From Desulfocapsa sulfexigens DSM 10523 (GTDB taxonomy: Bacteria > Desulfobacterota > Desulfobulbia > Desulfobulbales > Desulfocapsaceae), in NCBI RefSeq assembly GCF_000341395.1, contig NC_020304.1, forward strand, positions 360,001-392,000: a stretch of DNA of 32,000 nt, given 5' to 3'. Below are positions 1 through 7,839 of this stretch, in pieces. The notes beneath the pieces were generated by a model. It was not told the origin of the DNA, did no database searches, and worked only from the letters and a program-made list of their open reading frames with translations. The position numbers and the translations under genes were made by a program. The first letter of the stretch is position 1; each line of letters begins with the position of its first letter.

Positions 1-1370
1 TGACTCAGTCTGAGGATATTCTCAAACCAAACATCATAAGAGAACTGCTTCCCTATGCTGATGAGGAAGTCGCGACTGTTCTTATGTTTCTTCTTCGCAG
101 GGAAAAGGAGATCGCTCCACTGGTCAAGGAAGAACTGCTGCTGTTGATTTGCCAGACACTCGGATACTGTTCTAACAATGATGCTATAGCTGTTTTGAAA
201 GCCTTTCTGGCCAGCCGTAAAAGCGGAGTAAACACTCCAGGCGAACAGGTCATAGAAGCAGTAAGGATATCCATAGAACAACTTGAACAGAACCATCCTC
301 CCAAAACACAGGATGGCCTGCAGAAAGCGCCATCTCCTGGGGTCAGGAAAACAGTTCAAGCAGATATCCCCCAGCAACAACAGATTGATGAACTCCTTAA
401 CAGGGGGAAGAAAGACGAAGCAGTTGCGCTGATAATGCAGCTCATTGAGCAGTGCGCTGGCAAAAAACAGTTTGAAGCTGCAGATCGATTACGTGACTAC
501 CTTATTAAAATCAACCCCATGGCGTTGCTTGAAATCATTCGTGCTGCAGATGTGATTGAAGGGGCAAAACAGTCAGGGATAGATAAAAAACACCTGGAGA
601 CCTGGAGTAAACTAACGGAGATTTTCAGTAGTGAGGAGTTTTCAGCACTCTACCATGCCATGGCTCTGAGAAGTTACACAAAGGGGAAAACAATAGTACA
701 GCAGGGCTCCACCGCCAGAACACTCCTTTTCATCAACGGTGGCCAGGTACAGCTTCAGGCACTTAATCAGGACACATTGATACCATTGAGTGTGAAGGGA
801 GCAGGAGAAATTATCGGAATAGAAACATTTTTTCAGGCCTCAGTCTGGACGGATCAGGCTAAAAGTCTTGGTTGCGAGGTCTTTTTACTTTCACGGCAAA
901 AACTTGACGCCCTCAAGGAACAGCACCCCTCTCTCGAACCAAAATTATCCGACTTCTGCGCCAGCTTCCAGTCGGTTAGTGCAGAATTGACAAAAACCGG
1001 CAGAAACAGAAGGCAATTCAAAAGAAAAAATGTATCGGGAAGAATCAGTTTTGCCGTTCTTAACACAAACGGCACGGAAATCACCACAGAAGCAAAGGGA
1101 GATCTTATTGATATTTCAACGGGCGGAGTGGCGTTTTCCATCCACTCATCCCAGAAGAAGAATGCTGCCGCCCTATTTGGTCGTCAACTCAGAATTAGCT
1201 TCCAGACTACGACAACAACACAGATTATCATTCGGAGAGGAACAGTACAGGCCGTTCGAGATATAGATCTTATCGGAAATGAATACTCCCTGCACCTGGA
1301 ATTCAGCGAACAGTTGAGCTATTCAGAGTTGCAACAGATAGCCGGAGCGTCTCCAGAAGCCAGGTCCTGA
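1..1370 (+). CDS. cNMP-binding-like / PilZ domain protein (putative c-di-GMP receptor); probably 5' partial
   Basis: The frame is open from nt 3 to the stop at 1368-1370. The first in-window ATG is at 84 and has no obvious SD. The C-terminus carries the PilZ signatures RRQFKR (RxxxR, about nt 1008) and DISTGG (D/NxSxxG, about nt 1110-1127). The central cNMP-type beta-barrel segment reads GAGEIIGIETFFQASVW. The N-terminus looks like helical repeats. Confidence 0.75.
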   Translation, partial: TQSEDILKPNIIRELLPYADEEVATVLMFLLRREKEIAPLVKEELLLLICQTLGYCSNNDAIAVLKAFLASRKSGVNTPGEQVIEAVRISIEQLEQNHPPKTQDGLQKAPSPGVRKTVQADIPQQQQIDELLNRGKKDEAVALIMQLIEQCAGKKQFEAADRLRDYLIKINPMALLEIIRAADVIEGAKQSGIDKKHLETWSKLTEIFSSEEFSALYHAMALRSYTKGKTIVQQGSTARTLLFINGGQVQLQALNQDTLIPLSVKGAGEIIGIETFFQASVWTDQAKSLGCEVFLLSRQKLDALKEQHPSLEPKLSDFCASFQSVSAELTKTGRNRRQFKRKNVSGRISFAVLNTNGTEITTEAKGDLIDISTGGVAFSIHSSQKKNAAALFGRQLRISFQTTTTTQIIIRRGTVQAVRDIDLIGNEYSLHLEFSEQLSYSELQQIAGASPEARS

Positions 1371-1381
1371 TGTAATCGGAG

Positions 1382-2395
1382 TCAGGCACGCGCCTTCAAT
1401 TTACGAAGAAGCTCCTCAACCGGACATTCAGAGGTAACATCCATTCGTGCCGGTGGATTTCCTGGCACCAGAAGAGCAGTCCTGCCGTCCTGTCCTTCAA
1501 TATAAGCAGCCTTAAAAACCCCAAGCCCTGAAGATTTACCCAGCATTGCCAGTTTACTGTTTACAGCTATCATGCTACTTTCACCGGCAATTGCCCCAAC
1601 ACCGGACATCCCGCCCAACTCTTGAATAATAAATTTTTTTAACTCGTCGAGTGACAAATTTTCAGCTCCTTCAGAATTTTGGTTTGCAGCTTCCCTGGCA
1701 GCAGTAGTAGAATCAGCATGTTCATCCTTTGCCACCAAAGCCGCCATGATTATTGTCTGGACTGGACTGTTAACCATATTCTCCATAAATGGACAATCAT
1801 GCCGGAGAAACACAGTCACATCATCCCAGAAGAATACTCTGGTTGCCGCTTTAATCCCTTTATATTTCCCAACTCTGGCATCAAGCAACTGGCCATCTTT
1901 AAGATAGAGTATCCCCCCCTCGTCCGAACCGTTATCAAGCATACGTATGGTACATGTTTTCCCTTCCATCTCCATAAGCTGGAGAAACATTGTTGGGGAA
2001 ACATTATTCATAATCCCTTCTTTCGCCTCCTTCCTTAAAACAGTCCGGATCAATTCCGGTAGTTCAGTTTCACGAAAGGGTTTTTCAAGATAGGCGACCA
2101 TCTGCTGAACCTGTTCAATATCAGGTATATCACTTTTCTTCATCCCGGAAATAACAATAATCGGGATGTCGGGATATTTGGTCCGAACATGGTTGATCAG
2201 ACCAATGCCATCCATTCTTGGCATCATCAGTTCTGTGCAAATCAAAGAAAAAGCGGCTTTCTCCAGTTTTTTCAGGGCATCAAAACCATCCACTGCTTGA
2301 ACAACCTGAAATTCCTCTTCAAAGGCGGCTAACTTTCGCTTCAGAGCAAGCTGCAGGATCTGATCATTATCCACTAAAAGAATTTTTCGGATCAT
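1382..2395 (-). CDS. Response-regulator receiver domain fused to a DUF4388 (PATAN-like) domain; atypical receiver
   Basis: The N-terminus reads KILLVDND...DGFDALKKL...SLICTELMMPRMDG...IIVISG...LEKPF, a CheY-like fold. The middle segment MFLQLMEMEGKTCTIRMLDNG...GGILYLKDGQLLDARVG matches the DUF4388 pattern. The phospho-acceptor position is Glu55 (codon gaa at 2233-2231), not Asp. Confidence 0.8.
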   Translation of the reverse strand: MIRKILLVDNDQILQLALKRKLAAFEEEFQVVQAVDGFDALKKLEKAAFSLICTELMMPRMDGIGLINHVRTKYPDIPIIVISGMKKSDIPDIEQVQQMVAYLEKPFRETELPELIRTVLRKEAKEGIMNNVSPTMFLQLMEMEGKTCTIRMLDNGSDEGGILYLKDGQLLDARVGKYKGIKAATRVFFWDDVTVFLRHDCPFMENMVNSPVQTIIMAALVAKDEHADSTTAAREAANQNSEGAENLSLDELKKFIIQELGGMSGVGAIAGESSMIAVNSKLAMLGKSSGLGVFKAAYIEGQDGRTALLVPGNPPARMDVTSECPVEELLRKLKARA

Positions 2396-2425
2396 GCAGT
2401 TATCTCATCAGTACCTTACAATGAT

Positions 2426-3532
2426 TCACGAGCAGCTCCTCACACAATTCTTTCCATCCTGTTTAGCAGCATACACCCCCTGATCTGCAACCTTCATCAG
2501 TTCATCGTAGGTTGCCATACCCGGGGTGAACGCTGCGACCCCGACACTGACACTCCCGTGCCAGATGCCATCCCCAGTCGTTACACGAAGTTCAGACACG
2601 GCCTTACGTATACTCTCCGCAACATTCATTCCATTTACGATATCCGTATTGGGACAGATTATGAAAAACTCATCGCCGCCTAAACGGGACACAATATCAT
2701 CATTCCGCAGGGAGTGCTGAAGTGTTTGAGCCAGTTTCGACAAAACAGCATCCCCGGCATCATGCCCATAGGTGTCATTGACTGCTTTAAAGTGATCAGC
2801 ATCGATCATCATGCAAACCATGGGGGAATTCGTTCGAACCGCCTCCCGCCACAGAAGATCGAGGCTACGCAAGGCATAGCGGCGGTTAGGGAGTCCGGTG
2901 AGAACATCGGTGAGAGAAAGCTCCTCAAGATGGCGATTCGCTTCAGAGAGTTCTCTGGTCCGTTCTGCAACTTTTTCCTCAAGTGACTGGTTCAGGAACA
3001 GCAACTCCCTGTTTCGTACAGACACCTGTTCAAACAGCCCATTTAAAGCAATAAGTAACGGCTCAGTGGCCTCATTTCCTGCTCGTTCTTCATTCTCATA
3101 GGCGGCGGCAGATGTCACACCAGATTGAATCGCTTTTATCTGCCTTGCCATATTCATATCTGCCCCAAGAATATGATACACAAGCCAATGTGTCAGGAAA
3201 TCAAACAGGTGTTTTTCCGAACCAGGATTATCTTCAGAAACAGCAGCATACATAGAGATAACTTCATCCAGGAAATCCTGATGTTTTTTACAGTGTTCCT
3301 TGTAGTGGCGTGCATCGATACCAACCTGTTTCATCATTATCTCTTCTTCCGTGAAATGATACTGAGTGTAGTCAGCAAGCTTCTTGAACACCTGTTCCAC
3401 ATCATCGGATGCGACCTGACCAAGAAGTAATAATCGCCCAAATTCATTTATGGTATCGACAAGATAATGATGTTGAAGATCAACCTCTGACAATCCGGTT
3501 TCGTATGTTTTGGTCCAGTGAAATGAGTCCAT
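2426..3532 (-). CDS. Bacteriohemerythrin-domain diguanylate cyclase (hemerythrin-GGDEF)
   Basis: Hemerythrin iron ligand motifs are present: DLQHH, YHFTEEE, HCKKH and HWLVYHILGAD. A coiled-coil linker follows. The GGDEF domain has an intact RLGGDEFF active site and an RNDD (RxxD) I-site five residues upstream. SD GAGGA lies about 9 nt before the ATG. Confidence 0.88.
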   Translation of the reverse strand: MDSFHWTKTYETGLSEVDLQHHYLVDTINEFGRLLLLGQVASDDVEQVFKKLADYTQYHFTEEEIMMKQVGIDARHYKEHCKKHQDFLDEVISMYAAVSEDNPGSEKHLFDFLTHWLVYHILGADMNMARQIKAIQSGVTSAAAYENEERAGNEATEPLLIALNGLFEQVSVRNRELLFLNQSLEEKVAERTRELSEANRHLEELSLTDVLTGLPNRRYALRSLDLLWREAVRTNSPMVCMMIDADHFKAVNDTYGHDAGDAVLSKLAQTLQHSLRNDDIVSRLGGDEFFIICPNTDIVNGMNVAESIRKAVSELRVTTGDGIWHGSVSVGVAAFTPGMATYDELMKVADQGVYAAKQDGKNCVRSCS

Positions 3533-3601
3533 AACTCTTTATCCTCAAATCTATTTACAATCCAACAGAGTTGTTTCTCGTTTTCTATGTTTTCAGGAGA
3601 C

Positions 3602-6085
3602 TCAGAGAACCCTTTGAAGAGTCACCTTGAAATCATGAAGCTGAAAGGGTTTCGTCATGGCTCCCAGAAAGCCATGGTCACGATAGTTGGCCATGATTGG
3701 ATCATTGGAATAGCCACTGGATACAATAATCTTGGCCTGCGGATCAATTTTGTGAATTTCCCTTACGGCTTCCTGCCCTCCCATGCCACCTGGAATGGTC
3801 AGATCCATAACAACCAGGTCGATGGGGGTATCACTTTCAAGGGCCTCTCTGTAAAATGAGATCGCCTCCACACCATCCCTGGCCAGAATGACTTCATAAC
3901 CAAAATGGTTCAGCATGGCCTCGGCGACCGATCTCACCATCTCGTCGTCATCCATTATCATTATCTTCGCCTTCCCAGGCATTCCGCCGGCATCCTCCTG
4001 CCGAACTGCCACCACAAGCTTTTTATCACGCTCAGCCGGAAGATAGAGGGTAAAAGTTGTCCCCCTGCCCGGTTCAGATTCCACGGTTATATACCCACCG
4101 TGTTTGCTGATAATGGAATGACTCACTGCCAGACCAAGCCCACTCCCCTCCTGCTTGGTCGTAAAATAAGGGTCAAAGATATTTTCGAGCAATGAACCTG
4201 CCATACCGATCCCACTATCCTGAATGCTGATTCTCAGGTAATCCCGAGGTGGCAGAGGAAGCTCACCGCACTGCTCACAGCTGACATTGGAACAATACAC
4301 ATTCACTTCTCCACCCTTAGGCATGGCCTGATCAGCATTAATAATAATATTCTGGATAACCTGACTCACCTGCCCCTGATCTATTTCGACGGGCCACAAA
4401 TCATTGTCACAGTGAAAATTGCAGCTGACATTACTCCCCCGCAAAATAAAACAAGCCGAATCCTCAATAATATTTTTTATGGTTGCCAGTTCTTTTATAG
4501 GTTCACCACCTTTGGAAAAGGTAAGAAGTTGTTGAGTAAGATCCTTAGCCCGCAACGAAGCTTTTTCTGCATCCTGCAACAGTGCATAAGCTCTCTCTTC
4601 AGGATTACTGAAGAGCAGGGCGAGGTTGATATTCCCCATGATTGCTGTCAGGATGTTATTGAAATCATGGGCAATACCACCAGCCAGGAGCCCAACCGAT
4701 TCCAGCTTTCTGCCTTTAGCCAGCTCTGCTTCCCTCTCTCTTTCAGCTGTAACATCCCGGAATACGAGAACAACACCTACGACCTCGCTGTTTTCATCTC
4801 TGATGGGAGCACCGCTGTCGGCAATACTGTATTCCGAGCCATCTCTGGAAATGAGAATCGTGTGGTTAGCCAGGGCAATGATTTCACCACTGGCCAGTAC
4901 TCTGGTCACCGGGTTTTCACAACGTTGCCTGGTCTGTTCATTGAGAATAGTAAACACCTCAGCCAGAGGCTTCCCTGCAGCCTCCTCACAACTCCAGCCT
5001 GTTAAGTCCTCAGCCACTTTATTGATCAGGATAATAACACCCTCGATATCAGTGGTTATAACACCATCCCCGATACTGCGAAGGGTAACGGCCAGCCTTT
5101 CCTTTTCTGCAGCCAGAGCCACCTCCGCCGCCTTACGCTGGCTTACATCCCTGACAACGGCAATGACATATTTCTGATCGCTGAATTCCGTATAACGAAG
5201 GGCCACTTCAACCCACAACAGATCCCCGTTCTGCTTCTTCACACGCCAGTCAAAGAGTTGCGGCCCCTTGGTCATCGCCAACCCAACCCTTTGGGCTCCA
5301 TGCTCCATATCATAGGGCGGTTCACCTGAACTCAGACTGCCAATAGTCTGTACCAGCAATTCATCATAACTATAGCCATAGAGTTCCACGGCTGCCCTGT
5401 TTACATCCAGAATTGCACCAGTGGCAGCATCGTGCATAATAATGGCGTCACTGGGGGCATTATAAATCTCCCTGTACCTCTCTTCACTCTCCCCCAGGGC
5501 TTTTTCTGCTCTAATACGTTCCTGAATTTCCTGCTGCAAGTCCTGGTTCATGTCAACCAGTTCCCGGGTTCGCTCAGTAACCCTGACCTCAAGTATATTT
5601 CTGGCCTCGACAGTATGTAAATACAGACGGGAAACCAACAGAATAAGAGCGGCAACAAGAATAAGATAAAAATAAAGATAAATGGTGCCATGACGATGGA
5701 TAGCCTCAATACTGCCGATAATCTTCCCATTATGCATAACATCAGCATCAAGTGTTACCAGTGGAATCAAGCCGACGGTTTCAAGAGCCCTGTCGATAAA
5801 ACCGTATTCCTGACCACTAACTTCCAAAAATATCTCTTTGGAGGCAGTGAACACTGTTAAACGTTCATGAAACTGGTGTTCAGCAGCTAACTTCAGATAG
5901 GCAACCAGGCCATCGGCATCAAGCCTCCATAGATCTCCAGCAGTCACCTCAGCAGTCTCATGCAGGTAGCTTCTCTCCTTGGCCAGCTGCTTTTTTTCCC
6001 AGAAAAGAACAAAGAGGCAGAAAAACACCACAATGCTTACCAAAAAGACCATATTGGCTTTTCTAGGATTCAAGCTATTATTCAT
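3602..6085 (-). CDS. Hybrid sensor histidine kinase (2 TM + periplasmic loop, PAS x2-3, HisKA, HATPase_c, C-terminal receiver)
   Basis: There are two hydrophobic segments, VFLVSIVVFFCLFVLFW and IYLYFYLILVAALILLV. PAS-like repeats are present. The H-box is AHDFNNILTAIMGN. G-boxes are DSGIGM and GSGLGL. The receiver reads KIMIMDDDE...DLVVMDLTIPGGMGG...TKPF. Confidence 0.9.
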   Translation of the reverse strand: MNNSLNPRKANMVFLVSIVVFFCLFVLFWEKKQLAKERSYLHETAEVTAGDLWRLDADGLVAYLKLAAEHQFHERLTVFTASKEIFLEVSGQEYGFIDRALETVGLIPLVTLDADVMHNGKIIGSIEAIHRHGTIYLYFYLILVAALILLVSRLYLHTVEARNILEVRVTERTRELVDMNQDLQQEIQERIRAEKALGESEERYREIYNAPSDAIIMHDAATGAILDVNRAAVELYGYSYDELLVQTIGSLSSGEPPYDMEHGAQRVGLAMTKGPQLFDWRVKKQNGDLLWVEVALRYTEFSDQKYVIAVVRDVSQRKAAEVALAAEKERLAVTLRSIGDGVITTDIEGVIILINKVAEDLTGWSCEEAAGKPLAEVFTILNEQTRQRCENPVTRVLASGEIIALANHTILISRDGSEYSIADSGAPIRDENSEVVGVVLVFRDVTAEREREAELAKGRKLESVGLLAGGIAHDFNNILTAIMGNINLALLFSNPEERAYALLQDAEKASLRAKDLTQQLLTFSKGGEPIKELATIKNIIEDSACFILRGSNVSCNFHCDNDLWPVEIDQGQVSQVIQNIIINADQAMPKGGEVNVYCSNVSCEQCGELPLPPRDYLRISIQDSGIGMAGSLLENIFDPYFTTKQEGSGLGLAVSHSIISKHGGYITVESEPGRGTTFTLYLPAERDKKLVVAVRQEDAGGMPGKAKIMIMDDDEMVRSVAEAMLNHFGYEVILARDGVEAISFYREALESDTPIDLVVMDLTIPGGMGGQEAVREIHKIDPQAKIIVSSGYSNDPIMANYRDHGFLGAMTKPFQLHDFKVTLQRVL

Positions 6086-6118
6086 TGCTGATCAGGAATA
6101 ATCACTGACTTCTCCCAT

Positions 6119-7096
6119 TTAAAAAGAATATACTGCAGCCACAGAAAACAAGGATGTCTCCAAATCTACACCCGCATTATTAACGTAGCTGGCACAGTAC
6201 CCGTATGGACTGTAACACCACTTGGAATTTCCCTTGATGGTATCATAATACTCATAAAGGTAGGCAACTTTAATTCCAATATGATCGGTGATGTCATAGG
6301 CCAAAGCAACATCGACACCCCACATTTCCCCCTCATTGAAATCACCATACGATACAAGATCACGCATGTGATGTTGATCAGTCGTCTTCCCCCTCACAAA
6401 AATGCTGCCCGTTACTTTTGCAGCCAGGTGAACCGGCCCGAAGTCACCCGTAACAGCAACCCCAAAATAAGGGGCATCTAAGGTCTGCTCGTAGGTGATA
6501 GCAAGTGCCTGCGGAGGAAACGTCCCTGCGGTGTCACGAAAACTGTTTATCGAATAGATATAGGAGCCACCTCGTGCCTCCCATTCAAAGCGGTCACGAC
6601 GAAAACCCGCGATGCCATTAAAAACAAATCCATTCGCAGAAAAGAATGTAACTTCAGCATTAATATCAAACATAATTGCGCTGGTAACATCGGTGTTATC
6701 ATGCACTGATTTGTCAGTCCAGTTTACTCCTGGTAGCAACCAGTCGTAATCCTCCATATACCCGTCGCCATCGTTCACATTAAACCAGAGATCAACACCA
6801 AGATTCAACCAGGGTGTGGAGCGAATCGTCGCACCAATTCCAACCATGAGGGTTGAATCCATCTCCCATGTAAGCTCACTTGCAGTATGCCCCCCCACTT
6901 TGGGCCAATAGACATATTCATGAGCTTCACCACTAAGATAGCCAAAGCCCAGGCGACCAGTAAGAATTAAACCAGCTGGTTCACCATAAACCTCAGTCAC
7001 ATCCTTTTTCTCAACCGTAGCAGCATCAACCTGAACAGCAAGCAGCAGAAAAAATATTGGTATTGCAGCTGTTTTTACAGACAAACTCGTTATCAT
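6119..7096 (-). CDS. Omptin-family outer-membrane aspartyl protease (peptidase A26)
   Basis: The segment [48 protein letters not shown] parallels E. coli OmpT [49 protein letters not shown]. The catalytic pairs are conserved: DYD in MEDYDW, and DQH in TTDQHH. The C-terminal beta-barrel ends in AAVYSF. I set the start at ATG 7096 because [26 protein letters not shown] is a signal peptide. The ORF track's upstream start at 7201 would add 35 non-signal residues. Confidence 0.8.
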   Translation of the reverse strand: [325 protein letters not shown]

Positions 7097-7354
7097 CCTT
7101 GAATAGCCTTTTCTCAATAGATCCCTCTCCTCAATTAATTTTCCAGAGACAGACAATAGCCACCAGCCATCTATCCTTTTTAACATCATACATAGTATCA
7201 TTATATGGACAGGAATTCCAATTATTCCACCGGAACGAACATCTCATATCTTGACTACAAAAAAACGTTTTTTTTTTTATAGTACGCAGCCCCTGCCAGG
7301 CCTTCTCGCTCGATACTTTTTTACACTCTTCAGGGCTATTCTATTCCATACGAA

Positions 7355-7383
7355 TTGATGCTATAGTATTATAGTATTATATT
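7355..7383 (+). promoter_or_regulatory. Candidate sigma-70 promoter for the fdx-aor-ED operon (TTGATG-17 nt-TATATT)
   Basis: TTGATG lies at 7355-7360 and TATATT at 7378-7383, separated by a 17-nt spacer. The elements lie about 55 nt upstream of the ATG at 7438, in the divergent intergenic region. Confidence 0.3.
7362..7383. repeat. Short tandem repeat TATAGTAT x2 plus a partial third copy (TATATT)
   Basis: Read directly: ctatagtattatagtattatattc. The repeat overlaps the candidate promoter spacer and -10 element. Confidence 0.6.
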
Positions 7384-7437
7384 CTCAGGAATTTTTTCCC
7401 TTTCAGCTATCTCATCAAGGCAAATCTACAAAAAAAC

Positions 7438-7839
7438 ATGAAAAAACTCACCACCCCAAGAATTGACCGCTGTATTGGTTGTCACTCCTGTTCCCTGGCC
7501 TGCGCACGACTGGTCCACAAACAGATTTCCTGGGACACTGCGGGGATTCGCATACAATCCTCCGGAGGACTCACCACAGGATTCAAAGCCAGTCACTGCT
7601 TGTCCTGTGATCCTGCTCCTTGTGCAGATGCATGCCCCACAGGGGCTTTTTTACAGAGAAAGGGAGGAGGAGTTCTCGTGAAAAAAAAGCTCTGCATCAA
7701 CTGTGGCGAATGCGTCAGTGCTTGTCCCGTTGATGCTGTTTTTCAGGATCACAACGGAGCCGTTTATGTCTGTATCCACTGTGGTCGCTGTGTGGAATTC
7801 TGTCCTCACAACTGCCTTGGAATGGAGGAAACAGCATGA
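7438..7839 (+). CDS. Poly-[4Fe-4S] ferredoxin-like electron-transfer subunit (AOR partner)
   Basis: There are four Cys clusters: CIGCHSCSLAC, CLSCDPAPCADACP, CINCGECVSACP and CIHCGRCVEFCP. The stop overlaps the next gene's start (ATGA at 7836-7839). Confidence 0.88.
   Translation: MKKLTTPRIDRCIGCHSCSLACARLVHKQISWDTAGIRIQSSGGLTTGFKASHCLSCDPAPCADACPTGAFLQRKGGGVLVKKKLCINCGECVSACPVDAVFQDHNGAVYVCIHCGRCVEFCPHNCLGMEETA

Noticed and set aside
7097-7201. The upstream extension of the omptin ORF to the ATG at 7201 (MILCMMLKRIDGWW...).
   Set aside because: The extension would bury the clear signal peptide ([26 protein letters not shown]) 35 residues inside the protein. The start at 7096 is more consistent with a secreted beta-barrel.
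7259-7278. An A7-CG-T11 palindromic homopolymer pair in the omptin/ferredoxin divergent intergenic region.
   Set aside because: It resembles a terminator tail, but both flanking genes diverge from it, so nothing is there to be terminated. An all-A:U stem is very weak. It is more likely AT-rich promoter or curvature DNA.
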